This document shows positions 1 to 10,150 of a DNA stretch of 64,000 bases, in pieces. Position 1 is the stretch's first letter, and every line of letters begins with the position of its first letter. The translations under genes were made by a program, and so were the position numbers. The notes beneath the pieces were generated by a model that worked only from the letters and a program-made list of their open reading frames with translations, ran no database searches and had not been told where the DNA came from. Source of the DNA: an uncultured Acidimicrobiaceae bacterium (GTDB lineage: Bacteria > Actinomycetota > Acidimicrobiia > Acidimicrobiales > Bog-793); the NCBI GenBank assembly GCA_963841155.1, contig CAWJBM010000005.1:11869-75868 (forward strand). The letters are read 5' to 3'.

Positions 1-31
1 CTCGTAGCGCTCGCAGCCGACCGGGGACCAT
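1..31 (-). CDS. 5' end of an unknown gene running off the window
   Basis: ATG at 31 preceded by GGGAG RBS; reads MVPGRLRALR; too short to identify. Confidence 0.25.
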   Translation of the reverse strand, partial: MVPGRLRALR

Positions 32-206
32 CGTGGCTCCCTGGTCGGAGTGATGTCCGGCTCAGCGGTTCGCCAGCCTCGTCTTCGACTGACGGCCGGG
101 ACGCCCTTGGCCCAGCAGGTGACGGCAGACAATACACGCGAAATCGGGCCGCCCCCACCGGCGCTCGGCGTGCCAGAGGCCGCGGGTGCGCCCGCCACGG
201 CCCCTG

Positions 207-866
207 TCAGAGTGGGTCGACGCTGATCTTCCCGGCGTCGGCCACGTGCTCTGTGAACCTGGTCCCGTCCCAGTAACGCAACTCATGACGCCCAGCGGGA
301 TCCGGGAGCCACGACCGCGGAGGCGGCGGTGGCGGTACGGGCAGTGCCGGATCCGGGGCCGCACCTGGCACTGTCGGCGCCATGAACCCCGGAAACCCGG
401 TTCCCGGCGGAGGAGGAGCCTCCCAGCCCCCCGGTGGTGGCGCCCCGCGGTAGCCCGGCGTCGGCGCTCCCGATCCGGCGGGGAACGGCGCATCCCATCC
501 CTGAGGCGCGCCAGGGTCCCACTGGCCTGGAACAGGTGCGTTCCAACCCTCCGGAGGAGGGCCCCGGAACTCGCGCGGGCCCGGTTCCCAGTGCTGGGCA
601 CCGCCCGCCCAGCGCGTGGGCCCGGTCCTTGTCCGCGTCGTCAAGCACGCGATCAGGTACACGACCATGCCGATGAGCGAGAACAGGAACAGCAGTGCCG
701 CCCACACGCCAGATGGCATTCTCCAGGGCGTCACTCCGCGGACCCTCCTGTAACGCTCCGAAAGGAAATAACCCAGAAGCCCGAAGGCGGCACCGAGCAC
801 GAAACCCTCGACCAGCGTGGAGGTGTTGTAGACGACGGTCAAGCCCACGAGCTGCTCAACGTGCAC
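207..866 (-). CDS. DUF2510-domain membrane protein
   Basis: Two N-terminal hydrophobic segments, Pro/Gly-rich linker, C-terminal WLPDPAGRHELRYWDGTRFTEHV motif typical of DUF2510. Confidence 0.8.
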   Translation of the reverse strand: MHVEQLVGLTVVYNTSTLVEGFVLGAAFGLLGYFLSERYRRVRGVTPWRMPSGVWAALLFLFSLIGMVVYLIACLTTRTRTGPTRWAGGAQHWEPGPREFRGPPPEGWNAPVPGQWDPGAPQGWDAPFPAGSGAPTPGYRGAPPPGGWEAPPPPGTGFPGFMAPTVPGAAPDPALPVPPPPPPRSWLPDPAGRHELRYWDGTRFTEHVADAGKISVDPL

Positions 867-1018
867 GTGTCCAGCGTAACCGCCTGCTGCACGGCTGCGG
901 CGGAGCTGTGCCGCACGGTGCGGGCCCCGGTGCCTGTTCGACCCGTCCGCGCCCCGACGACCCCCGGGTGAACTCCCCGGCAGGTCCGCGCGGCTGAGCC
1001 GGCCGTAGGATCGCCGCC

Positions 1019-1873
1019 GTGACCCTTCACGGCTCAGCTGTCGCCACAGCGGTGAGCCCGTCCCCGAAAGTAGCCCTCACCATTGCCGGAACCGACTCCG
1101 GCGGCGGAGCAGGCGTCGCCGCCGACCTGCGTACATTCGGCGCGTTGGGCGTCTTCGGGACGCTGGTGGTGACCGCGGTCACCGCCCAGAACACCCTCGG
1201 CGTGCGTGACTTCCTTGCGATCGCCCCGGAGATGGTGGCGGCGCAACTCGACGCCGTCCTGTCCGACATGGATGTCTGCGCCGCCAAGACCGGGATGTTG
1301 GCCACCCCCGGCACTGTGAGGCTGCTGGCGAGCCGCGCCGCGGCCGGCCAACTCCCACCGCTCGTGGTCGACCCCGTGCTCGTCACATCGAGCGGCAAAC
1401 CGATGTTCTCCGGTGACGACGTCATCGGCGCTTACCGCGATCTGTTTGCCCGTGCCACCGTCGTGACGCCGAACCTGCCGGAGGCCGCGCTGCTGACCGG
1501 CCGTCCGGTCGCCGATCTTGAGGCCATCGAGGCCGCCGCCCGCGACCTGCAGGCTCTCGGGCCGCAACTGGTGATCGTCAAGGGCGGGCGTCGCCCCGGC
1601 ACCGAGGCGGTCGACGTCGCGTTCGACGGACGTTGCCTCACGCTCCTGCGGGCGCCGTGGATCGACACCGTGAACGTCCATGGCAGCGGGTGCACGTTCT
1701 CCGCAGCCATCGCCGCGAACCTCGCCTTCGGGCTCGAGCCGCTCGAAGCCGCGCTCGAGGCCAAGCAGTTCGTCACCCGAGCCATCCGCGGGGGCTCAAA
1801 GTGGCGACTCGGTGCCGGCCACGGACCTCTGGATCAGTTCGGAGCAGCTGGGGACCAGGCCCGCACAGACTGA
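1019..1873 (+). CDS. thiD: Hydroxymethylpyrimidine/phosphomethylpyrimidine kinase
   Basis: [45 protein letters not shown] and GHGP motifs. Confidence 0.95.
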   Translation: MTLHGSAVATAVSPSPKVALTIAGTDSGGGAGVAADLRTFGALGVFGTLVVTAVTAQNTLGVRDFLAIAPEMVAAQLDAVLSDMDVCAAKTGMLATPGTVRLLASRAAAGQLPPLVVDPVLVTSSGKPMFSGDDVIGAYRDLFARATVVTPNLPEAALLTGRPVADLEAIEAAARDLQALGPQLVIVKGGRRPGTEAVDVAFDGRCLTLLRAPWIDTVNVHGSGCTFSAAIAANLAFGLEPLEAALEAKQFVTRAIRGGSKWRLGAGHGPLDQFGAAGDQARTD

Positions 1874-1896
1874 GCCGGTCCTGTCCTCGGGGCCCC

Positions 1897-3153
1897 TCAG
1901 AGCCGCTCAGGCGCGCCGTAGGGGTGCAGCACCTCGGGCACGGCCACGTGGCCGTCCTTGTCCTGATTGGCCTCGAGCAGCGCGATCAGGAACCGTGCCG
2001 TCATGGCGGTCCCGTTCAAGGTGTGCACGAACCGGAGCGATCCGTCCCCGTCCCGGAAGCGGACGTTCAGCCGTCGCGCTTGATAGTCGGTCGTGTTCGA
2101 GCAGGACGTGATCTCCCGGTACCGCTCCTGGCTCGGGATCCAAGCCTCGAGGTCGTACTTCTTGGCCGCGGACGGCCCGAGGTCGCCGGCCGCGGTGACC
2201 ACGACCCGGTATGCGAGCCCGAGGCTCTTCACGATGTCCTCCTCGATGGCCAGAATCTCCTCGTGGTGTTCTCGGGAGCGCTGCGGATGAGCGAAGAAGA
2301 ACATCTCGACCTTGTCGAACTGGTGCACCCTGAAGATGCCGTGAGTGTCGCGTCCGGCTGCACCCGCCTCACGCCTGAAGCACGTGGAGTAACCCGCGTA
2401 ACGCAAAGGCAGCTCGTCAGCGCTCAGGATCTCGTGCTCATGAAGCGCCGCCAGCGCGACCTCGGAGGTCCCTGTCAGATACAACCCGTCACTGGAGACC
2501 TGGTAGAGATTGACCTCGTCGGTCGGCAGGAAGCCGGTTCCGTACATGGCCGACTCCCGCACCAGCACCGGCGGGAGGACGGGCTCGAAGCCGCGGCCTA
2601 CGAGCCTGTCGAGGCCATAGCGGTACAAAGCCAGCTCCACGAGGGCGACGGCGCCTCTGCGGTACGCGAAACGGGCACCTGCGACCCTTGCCCCGCGCTC
2701 GAGGTCGAAACCGGGCCGCCCGGCACCGTCACTGCCGGGGGAACCTGACGCGCAGCTCAGCTCGACGTGGTCGCGCGCCCTGAACGAGAATTGCGGCGGC
2801 GCACCGACCCTGCGCAGCTCCAGGGCGTCCTCGTCGGTGAAGCCGTCGGGGGCCGAGTCGTCGGGCGGGTTCGGCAGGCGCGCAAGCAGCTCCGAGCGGC
2901 GACCTTCGAGCTCCTCGAGCTCGGTCTCTGCCCGCCGCAGCTCCTGGCCCACCAGCACCAGGGCTCCCCGCTCCTCTTCGGTCGGCTTGCCCCTCGGCCG
3001 GGTCCTGCTGCGGAGCTCGTCGACCTTGCCGCTCAGCTCCCGCCAGAGGGCGTCGATCGCCAGCAGGCTGTCGAAATCCGCAGCGGCCCCCTTTCGCGCG
3101 AGGGCCCGCCGGAACTCATCTGGGTGCTCCCGAGCCAGCCGGATGTCGATCAT
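1897..3153 (-). CDS. serS: Serine--tRNA ligase
   Basis: N-terminal coiled coil; GTSEV, FRREAG, RVHQFDKVE, EITSCSN and HTLNGT class II motifs. Confidence 0.97.
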   Translation of the reverse strand: MIDIRLAREHPDEFRRALARKGAAADFDSLLAIDALWRELSGKVDELRSRTRPRGKPTEEERGALVLVGQELRRAETELEELEGRRSELLARLPNPPDDSAPDGFTDEDALELRRVGAPPQFSFRARDHVELSCASGSPGSDGAGRPGFDLERGARVAGARFAYRRGAVALVELALYRYGLDRLVGRGFEPVLPPVLVRESAMYGTGFLPTDEVNLYQVSSDGLYLTGTSEVALAALHEHEILSADELPLRYAGYSTCFRREAGAAGRDTHGIFRVHQFDKVEMFFFAHPQRSREHHEEILAIEEDIVKSLGLAYRVVVTAAGDLGPSAAKKYDLEAWIPSQERYREITSCSNTTDYQARRLNVRFRDGDGSLRFVHTLNGTAMTARFLIALLEANQDKDGHVAVPEVLHPYGAPERL

Positions 3154-3228
3154 TGCCGCCAGCCTAGGAGTTGTGCTGCGCCCGGCACGAAATCCGGCCG
3201 TTGATGAGACTCTTGCCGGGTACCGGAG

Positions 3229-4606
3229 CTAGCGACGCCTGCCCTTCTTGCGGGGCCGTGGCGGCGGGCGGCGCGGCGGCGTACCGGCGCGGGGCGCTCC
3301 CGCCGGGGGCCGCGGCGCACCTGTTGCTCGGGGTGCCGCGGGTTTGGGCCCCCCGTTCTCGGGTCCTTGTGGGGTTTCGGCCTGGAAGCCCGCAGCCGAG
3401 CCGCCCTTGTCCGACGCGCCGTCTCGCCCAGCCGCGCCGGCGCTACCCCGCGCCCCGCCGGGTCGCAGCGTCGCCGGCCGGGCCGGAGCGGCACTGGGCG
3501 ACCGGCGGCGCTTTCCACCGGCCGCCGGCTCTGAAGTGCTCAACGCGCCTGCAGCAAGGGCCGCAGGCGAGATCAACAGCATTGCGGTCCCGCGCGCCTC
3601 GAGGCGTTCGCGTATGCGCCGGTAGCGCTCTTCGTGCTCCTTCTCCATCGCGAGCAGTGGCGACGCGATGAAGATCGAAGAATAGGCCCCGCTTGTGAGG
3701 CCGATCAGCAGGGCAAGGCCGAAGTACTCGAGCGTGACGGCGCCGAGGATCTCGGCGCCGAGGACCAGCACCGCAAGGATGGGAAGGATCGCGACCAACG
3801 AGGTATTGATGGACCGGGCGAGCGTCTGGTTCATCGAGAGGTTCACGACGTCGGTGTACGACAGCTTCCCGGTCGCGCCAAGGCCGCGCGCGTTGTCGCG
3901 CACGCGGTCGAATACGACGATGGTGTCATACAGCGAGTAGCCGAGGACGGTCAGGAACGCCACGACGGTGTCCGGAGTGACCAGGAACGACGCCAAGGAG
4001 TAGATCCCGACGGTTATCACCACGTCGTGCGCGACCGCGACTATCGCGGCGATCGCCATCTTCCACTCGAAAAACAGCGAGATGTATGCCGAGATCACGA
4101 TGAGGAACACGATCAGTGCCTCGACCGCCTTGTGCGTGATGTTGCTGCCCCAGGTCGGCCCGACATTCTCGACCGACACCGACGATGCGGGCCTGTGCGT
4201 CGAGCGCGGCGAGGACCCCGGCCACCCTGGTGGCCTCGGCCGAGCTGACACTGGCCTTGCCGCCGGCGAGCTTCGCCTCTACGTCCAAGCTCGCCCTGCT
4301 CCCGCTCCCGAGCTGGGTGATCGTCGCGCCACCGAAGCCGAGCGGCGCCAGCGCGCTCTGGGCCTGGGCCACGGTGACACCCGGTGCCGGGACCTCCCAC
4401 GAGGTGCCCCCCACGAACTCGATGCTGTAGTTGAGGCCCTTTACTCCGAGCGAGATCAAGCCGGCGGCGATCACGACCGAGGAGGCCGCGAACCACCATC
4501 TTCGCCTGCGGACGAAGTCGAAACGGGTCTGTCCGTGGTACAGCCGCAGGAGTGCTCCGGCCCTGTGTTGCACCACGCCGCCCAGCTCGATCGAGGCGGT
4601 GGTCAT
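3229..4606 (-). CDS. secF: Protein translocase subunit SecF (single-base frameshift near 4201)
   Basis: N-part (GLNYSIEFVGGT) in ORF 3926..4606; C-part (VGPTWG, HDVVIT, GYSLYDTIVVFDRVR, RSINT, GAYSSIFIA) in ORF 3229..4251; start overlaps secD stop. Confidence 0.9.
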
Positions 4607-6198
4607 AGTCCGGCCTCCGAGGGCACGGCCAGGCCTCTGGCAACCCCGAAGATCCGGGCATCGGTGAAGATCCGGTTGCGGCCGAGGAGGATCACCAGCG
4701 GACGCGTGAAGGTGTAGGCGGTCAGCACGTCGACGAGGGTGGACAGCCCCAGCATGAACGCGAAGCCCCGGACTGCGCCGATGGACAGGATCCAGAGCAC
4801 CAGTGCCCCGAGGAAGGACACCGCGTCGGCGGAGACGATCGTGCGGTAGGCGCTCTTGAAGCCCCTGTCAACCGACGACCGGATCGACCGGCCCGCACGC
4901 ACTTCGTCCTTTAATCGCTCGAAATAGACGACATAGGAGTCGACAGTGATCCCGACCGAGACGATCAGACCCGTCATGCCCGAAAGGTCAAGGGTGAGGC
5001 CGGCCGACGTCGCTCCGAGCAGGCAGATGATCGCGTAGATGAGCGCGCCGGTGCTCACAAGGCCGAGCACCACCACCACACCGAGGGCCCGGTAGTAGAA
5101 GATCGTGTAGCCCATCACGAGCAGCAGCCCGAGCAGGCCGGCGAGCAGGCCGGCCTGCAGCGACCTCTTCCCGAGCGTCGGCGACACGGTGGTGTAGGTC
5201 GAGGTGCTGAGCGCGATCGGGATCTGGCCGTACTTGAGGATGAGGGCGAGCCCCTTTGCCTGCGTCTGGGTGAAGTCGCCGGAGATCTGACCTGAACCGC
5301 CGAAGGACTGCGCTTCGATCAGCGGTGCGGACTCCACCAGACCGCCTAGGTCGATCGCCAGCGGCAGGTGGTAGTTGGCCTTGGCGATCGTGTCGAAGAA
5401 GGCCGAGTACTGCGACTTGATCCCGAAACTCACGACCCAGCCCTCGGTCGTGGAGTACTCCGCACTGGCCGAGGCGAGGATCTCGCCGGTCGCCGGAACC
5501 GTCCCGTCGTAGGGCGTGGGGCCGAGCTCGTATCGCGGTACGCCGGTAGCCGTTACGTTGGTCGGGAGAAGGACGGTCCTCCAAGCCTTGTCCTGGCCCG
5601 GGCGTGTCGAGGGCACCGAGGTCAGGGCGGGGTCGGGCCCAGGGCCCGGGTTGTACGCCCCAGCATTGCTCGTGGCGGCGACATAGGTTGCGATCGTGAA
5701 GCGGTAAGCGCCGCACGCAGGCGGCTTTGTGTAGGCCGCGGCCTTGGTCTTCTTCTTGGTCTTAGGCGGTGCCGTGGTCGTGGTCGTGGCCTTCTTGGGC
5801 ACCGTCGTCGTGGTGGTCGTCTTTCCCTTGGAGCTGGCGGGCGTGTACGCGTTCGCCGCGCAGAGCACCGGACGGAAGGACAGCTGGGCCGTGTTGCCGA
5901 TCGTGTTCATGACCGAGGAGAAGTTCTTCACTCCCGGGAGCTGGACGACGATGTTGCTGCCCTGCGTCCCGATGTTGGGGTTGCCGAAACCGAGCGCGTT
6001 TGCACGCTGCTGCATGATGCCGACGACAGTTTGGAGCTGCGCGGGCGTCGCCTTCTGGGCAGGCGTGAAGACAACCGATAGGCCGCCCTCGAGGTCGAGC
6101 CCGAGCTTGGGGGACCAGCCCGCGACGATCACGCCGCCAAGTGCCCCGAAACATATGAGGCAGACGAGAACCACGCTTAAGAGCAGGTCCCTTCTCAA
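4603..6198 (-). CDS. secD: Protein translocase subunit SecD
   Basis: LGLDLEGG, VSPTLG, GITVDSYVVYFER and GAVRGFAFML motifs. Confidence 0.96.
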   Translation of the reverse strand: MRRDLLLSVVLVCLICFGALGGVIVAGWSPKLGLDLEGGLSVVFTPAQKATPAQLQTVVGIMQQRANALGFGNPNIGTQGSNIVVQLPGVKNFSSVMNTIGNTAQLSFRPVLCAANAYTPASSKGKTTTTTTVPKKATTTTTAPPKTKKKTKAAAYTKPPACGAYRFTIATYVAATSNAGAYNPGPGPDPALTSVPSTRPGQDKAWRTVLLPTNVTATGVPRYELGPTPYDGTVPATGEILASASAEYSTTEGWVVSFGIKSQYSAFFDTIAKANYHLPLAIDLGGLVESAPLIEAQSFGGSGQISGDFTQTQAKGLALILKYGQIPIALSTSTYTTVSPTLGKRSLQAGLLAGLLGLLLVMGYTIFYYRALGVVVVLGLVSTGALIYAIICLLGATSAGLTLDLSGMTGLIVSVGITVDSYVVYFERLKDEVRAGRSIRSSVDRGFKSAYRTIVSADAVSFLGALVLWILSIGAVRGFAFMLGLSTLVDVLTAYTFTRPLVILLGRNRIFTDARIFGVARGLAVPSEAGL

Positions 6199-6749
6199 CG
6201 GCCGCTGCCTCCGTTCGAGTTGCCGCCCGGATGGCGCCCGTCGGCGTCGTCACCCGGATCGGTCGTCTCACCCGTCTCGAGAGGCGCCACCGAGTAGGGG
6301 TCGTGGCCGGCGTCGTCAACCAGGTCCTCGTGATGGCGCTCGTCGAACGAGGAGTCGCTTGAGTAGTCGTGATCGCCGCCCACGGCTTCGTCGACGCGCT
6401 GGCTCACCGCGGCGCGGACGACCTCGATGACCGTCCCGGGGGCGATCTCGATCCTCGCGCGGTCGCCCACGAACCCTTCGACGCGGCCGATGATGCCCGA
6501 GGAGAGCATCACCTTGTCCCCGACCGAGACCTGCTTTCCGAGCTGGAGCTGGCGCTGTCGGCGCTGGCGCTGGGGCCGGATCAGGAACATGTAGCCGACG
6601 CCGAACAGCAAGACGAAGAAGATCAGCGTGGTGGTGCCACTGGTGGACTTCTTCGTTGCGGCCAGAAGTGGGCCCACCAGGGGCGCCACGGTGTGGATAC
6701 TGGAGAAGGCGAGGACGTGGACAGGAAGCATGCGAGGCCTATCGCTCAA
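6195..6749 (-). CDS. yajC: Preprotein translocase subunit YajC (start uncertain)
   Basis: TM helix followed by MFLIRPQRQR and VGDKVMLSSGIIGRV; lies directly upstream of secD. Confidence 0.9.
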   Translation of the reverse strand: MSDRPRMLPVHVLAFSSIHTVAPLVGPLLAATKKSTSGTTTLIFFVLLFGVGYMFLIRPQRQRRQRQLQLGKQVSVGDKVMLSSGIIGRVEGFVGDRARIEIAPGTVIEVVRAAVSQRVDEAVGGDHDYSSDSSFDERHHEDLVDDAGHDPYSVAPLETGETTDPGDDADGRHPGGNSNGGSGR

Positions 6750-6782
6750 GGAATGATGCGACCCGCCACCTTAGTCCTCCAA

Positions 6783-7973
6783 TCAGGGCTCCTCCGTGCA
6801 AGCGTCCTCATCGCCGTCTGGGACGAACAGCGCGTCTTGGATCGCGCCGCCCCTGGCGCCTCCGCGCGGCGAGGTCGCCTGCGAGTAATCGGGGTCACCA
6901 AGCGACAGCGCGCTCGACAGTTGCGGGGGGATCTCGAGGCCAAGATGGTCGTAGGCACCAGGTGCGGCGACCCTCCCGCGGGGCGTGCGCATGATGAGCC
7001 CGGCTTGCAGGAGGAACGGCTCGTAGACGTCCTCGACCGTCTCTGGTTCCTCGCCGACGCTCACGGCGAGCGTCGAGAGGCCGACCGGCCGACTGGCAAA
7101 GCGGATGCAGAGGGTCTCGAGGATTCTCCGGTCGAGGCTGTCCAGCCCGAGCTCGTCCACGCCGAACAGGGTCAGACCCTCGCGCGCCGTGTCCTCGGTG
7201 ATCACACCCTCTCCACGGACTTCCACGAAGTCCCGCACCCGGCGGAGCAGGCGGATCGCCAGGCGCGGCGTGCCGCGCGATCGACGCGCGATCTCGGCTG
7301 CGCCTTCGGGCGTCAGCTCGACCCCGAACAGCACCCCAGTGCGACGAACGATGGTCTCAAGCTCGGCCTCGCTGTACAGCTCGAGGCGCGCCACGATGCC
7401 GAAGCGGTCCCGCAGCGGCCCGGTGATCAGGCCAGTACGGGTTGTCGCGCCCACGAGGGTGAACTTGGGCAGGTCGAGCCGGATCGAACGCGCAGTAGGC
7501 CCGCGCCCGAGGACGATGTCGAGCTTGAAGTCCTCCATCGCCGGGTAGAGCAGCTCCTCGACCGCCCGGGCCATGCGGTGGATCTCGTCTATGAAGAGCA
7601 CGTCGCCGGGCTGAAGGTCGGTCAAGATGGCGGCGACGTCGCCGCTTCGCACGAGTGCGGGCCCCGAGGTGATGCGCAGTCCCGCCCCCATCTCGCAAGC
7701 CATGATGCCCGCCAGCGTGGTCTTGCCAAGGCCCGGCGGCCCGGCGAACAGGACATGGTCGACCGGTTGGCTCCGACGCCGAGCAGCCTCGAGGATGATC
7801 TCGAGCTTCTCGCGCAACAGCTGCTGGCCGACGAACTCGGCGAGCCGCTTCGGCCGTATCCCGACCTCGAACGCGCTGTCGGTGTCGAGCGACCTGGCGT
7901 CGAGCCCGAGCTCTGTCACGTCCTCGGCGGCGGGAGGATCGGCACTCGCGAGTATCTCCCGGCGAGGGCTCAT
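6783..7973 (-). CDS. ruvB: Holliday junction branch migration helicase RuvB
   Basis: [26 protein letters not shown] and YEPFLLQ..RTPRGR motifs. Confidence 0.98.
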   Translation of the reverse strand: MSPRREILASADPPAAEDVTELGLDARSLDTDSAFEVGIRPKRLAEFVGQQLLREKLEIILEAARRRSQPVDHVLFAGPPGLGKTTLAGIMACEMGAGLRITSGPALVRSGDVAAILTDLQPGDVLFIDEIHRMARAVEELLYPAMEDFKLDIVLGRGPTARSIRLDLPKFTLVGATTRTGLITGPLRDRFGIVARLELYSEAELETIVRRTGVLFGVELTPEGAAEIARRSRGTPRLAIRLLRRVRDFVEVRGEGVITEDTAREGLTLFGVDELGLDSLDRRILETLCIRFASRPVGLSTLAVSVGEEPETVEDVYEPFLLQAGLIMRTPRGRVAAPGAYDHLGLEIPPQLSSALSLGDPDYSQATSPRGGARGGAIQDALFVPDGDEDACTEEP

Positions 7974-7980
7974 CGGCGGG

Positions 7981-8595
7981 TCACCTCCGGGGCGCCAGGT
8001 TCCGCAGTGCCAGGCGCAACAGCTCCTCGAGAGTTCCCTCTTCAGGCAGCGCGCGGATGGCCGCTCTCACCTCGTCGGGCGAGTAGCCGAGCTGGGCAAG
8101 TGCCTCGCCGACCTCGGCGGGCACAGAAGGCGGTCGGTTGGGCTGGTATGGGCCGGTCCCCAGCACAGCGTTGGCGCTGAGATAGTCAAAGCGCGCCTGC
8201 AGCTCGAGGAGCAGGCGCGCCGCGGTCTTCAGTCCGACGCCGGGAACGAGCTTCAGAGCTTCGACGTCCCCGGTTGCGATCACCTGGGCGAGCTCCGCCG
8301 GATCGTGGATGCTCAAGATCGCAAGGGCGAGGCCAGGACCAACGCCGTGGGCCCCCAAGAGCAGCTCGAAGGCCGTCCGCTCCTCGGCCGTCGTGAACCC
8401 GTACAGGGTGATGGCACTCTCTCGCACGTGTGTGTGCACAGCAAAGGTGGCCTCCTGCCCAAGCTGCAGCGAAGCCGCTGTCCTCGGGGCGACGAGCAGG
8501 CGGTAGCCCACACCGCCAACGTCCACGACAAGGTCGATGGCCGTCTCCCCCGTCGGGCGACGCTCGGTCACAAGGCCGCGCAACGACGCGATCAC
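7981..8595 (-). CDS. ruvA: Holliday junction DNA-binding protein RuvA
   Basis: GTG overlapping ruvC stop (GTGA); VGGVGY, LYGF, HhH motifs GVGPGLA and [16 protein letters not shown]. Confidence 0.96.
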   Translation of the reverse strand: MIASLRGLVTERRPTGETAIDLVVDVGGVGYRLLVAPRTAASLQLGQEATFAVHTHVRESAITLYGFTTAEERTAFELLLGAHGVGPGLALAILSIHDPAELAQVIATGDVEALKLVPGVGLKTAARLLLELQARFDYLSANAVLGTGPYQPNRPPSVPAEVGEALAQLGYSPDEVRAAIRALPEEGTLEELLRLALRNLAPRR

Positions 8596-9119
8596 CTTCG
8601 TGCCACCTGCGTCGCCCGGCCGGTCGGTTCCGGACGGGCAAGACGCGCCCAAGGCGCCGTGCTGAGGTGGCAGAGGGCGAGAGCAAGCGCGTCGGCAGCA
8701 TCGGCCGGCTTGGGCACCTCGTCGAGACCGAGCAGGCGTGCGACCATTCGTTGCACTTGGTCCTTGGTCGCCGCGCCGAAGCCGGTCACCGCGAGCTTGA
8801 CCTCGTTCGAGGTGTACTCCACCACCTCGCAGCCCAGCTCAACCGCGGTCAACAACGCGACGCCGCTGGCCTGTCCGACCGACATCGCAGTTCTGGCGTT
8901 GGTCTGGAAGAAGACGCGCTCGACGACGACGACGTCAGGGTGAAGCCCCTCGACAAGATTGTGCAGCTCCGCACGAAGGGTCGCGAGCCGACAGGGCACG
9001 GACTCACCGAGGTCGGTGGTGATCACGCCAGCGGCGACGGCGTGGGTGCGTCCGCCGTCAGACCTCACGCAGCCGTAGCCGCACCTGGACAGTCCGGGAT
9101 CGATGCCGAGAACAAACAC
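8592..9119 (-). CDS. ruvC: Crossover junction endodeoxyribonuclease RuvC
   Basis: VLGIDPG, VERVFF, VKLAVTG.G.A.KDQV and DAADALALA motifs. Confidence 0.97.
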   Translation of the reverse strand: MFVLGIDPGLSRCGYGCVRSDGGRTHAVAAGVITTDLGESVPCRLATLRAELHNLVEGLHPDVVVVERVFFQTNARTAMSVGQASGVALLTAVELGCEVVEYTSNEVKLAVTGFGAATKDQVQRMVARLLGLDEVPKPADAADALALALCHLSTAPWARLARPEPTGRATQVARR

Positions 9120-9173
9120 TCGTTCGATCGTAACCTCCGCGACAGCTGACCCGGGGGACCGTACGTGGGCGGC

Positions 9174-9923
9174 TCAGAGCTCGACGCGCTCCAGTATCTC
9201 GTCGGGGATGTCGAAGTTCGCCCACACGCTTTGCACATCGTCGTGTTCCTCGAGCAACTCGATGAGCTTCAGCACCCGCTTCGCGGCCGATTCGTCGGCG
9301 ACCTCGACCCGCGTGGTCGGCACCATCTCAAGATCCGCCGAGTCGACGGCGATCGAGGCCGCTTCCAGAGCGCTGTGCAGCCCCGCAAGGTCCGCGGGCG
9401 CGCTCGTGACCATCCACTCGTCGCCCTCGTCGCGCAGGTCCTCCCCACCCGCGTCGAGCGCGGCAACCATGAGCTCGTCCTCCCCGACGGACTTCGGGAC
9501 CATCACGACACCCTTGCGCTCGAACTGCCAGGACACCGCGCCCGGCTCAGCCATCGAGCCGCCGCTGCGCGAGAACATGGACCGAACCTCTGACCCGGCC
9601 CTATTGCGGTTGTCGGTGAGGCACTCGACGATGAGCGCGACACCGAAGGGGGCGTAACCCTCGTAGGTGACCGCTTCATAGCGAACGCCTTCGAGCTCGC
9701 CGGTGCCACGTTTGATGGCGCGCTCGATCGTGTCGAGAGGGACGGACGCGTCCCGAGCCTTGGTGAACATCGTACGGAGAGTCGAGTTCGCCGTCATGTC
9801 ACCGCCGCCCTCGCGGGCAGCGACCTCGACCTGGCGGATCAACTTGGCGAACAGCTTCCCCCGGGCCTTGTCGACGGCACCCTTGCGATGCTTGGTGGTT
9901 GCCCACTTGGAATGGCCCGACAT
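9174..9923 (-). CDS. yebC: YebC/PmpR family regulator
   Basis: MSGHSKWATTKHRK, YEGYAP.G, LTDNRNR and LEEHDDVQSVWAN motifs. Confidence 0.97.
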   Translation of the reverse strand: MSGHSKWATTKHRKGAVDKARGKLFAKLIRQVEVAAREGGGDMTANSTLRTMFTKARDASVPLDTIERAIKRGTGELEGVRYEAVTYEGYAPFGVALIVECLTDNRNRAGSEVRSMFSRSGGSMAEPGAVSWQFERKGVVMVPKSVGEDELMVAALDAGGEDLRDEGDEWMVTSAPADLAGLHSALEAASIAVDSADLEMVPTTRVEVADESAAKRVLKLIELLEEHDDVQSVWANFDIPDEILERVEL

Positions 9924-9927
9924 CGCC

Positions 9928-10056
9928 TCAGCCTCCCTCGATGGCTAGCGAGAAGCACTCGTGCAACCGGAGGTCCCCCACGAGCTCAGCGTGGAACGCC
10001 GCCACAGTGACGCAGTCGTCTCTCGAGACCACCGGCCCGGACCAGGTGGAGCTCAC
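9928..10056 (-). pseudogene. pdxT: C-terminal relic of PLP synthase glutaminase PdxT
   Basis: Manual translation VSSTWSGPVVSRDDCVTVAAFHAELVGDLRLHECFSLAIEGG*, resembling the PdxT FHPEL-x-GDxRxH tail; located immediately upstream of yebC, where pdxT normally lies. Confidence 0.7.
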
Positions 10057-10150
10057 CGCTCGACGCGTCCCTGGTACACGCTACGATTCGACCACGGTTG
10101 GGCCGGGTGTGCCAGTCCCAGCTTCGAGCCCACGCTCACTGGCCGACCGT

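Noticed and set aside
925-965. GTTCGA resembling a tRNA T-loop
   Set aside because: The flanks do not form a T-stem and no cloverleaf is present
867-1018. TPP riboswitch upstream of thiD
   Set aside because: Only a CTGAG; the rest of the conserved core is absent
6369-8943. Long plus-strand ORFs (603 and 438 aa) over ruvAB
   Set aside because: Antisense shadows typical of high-GC coding DNA; no motifs
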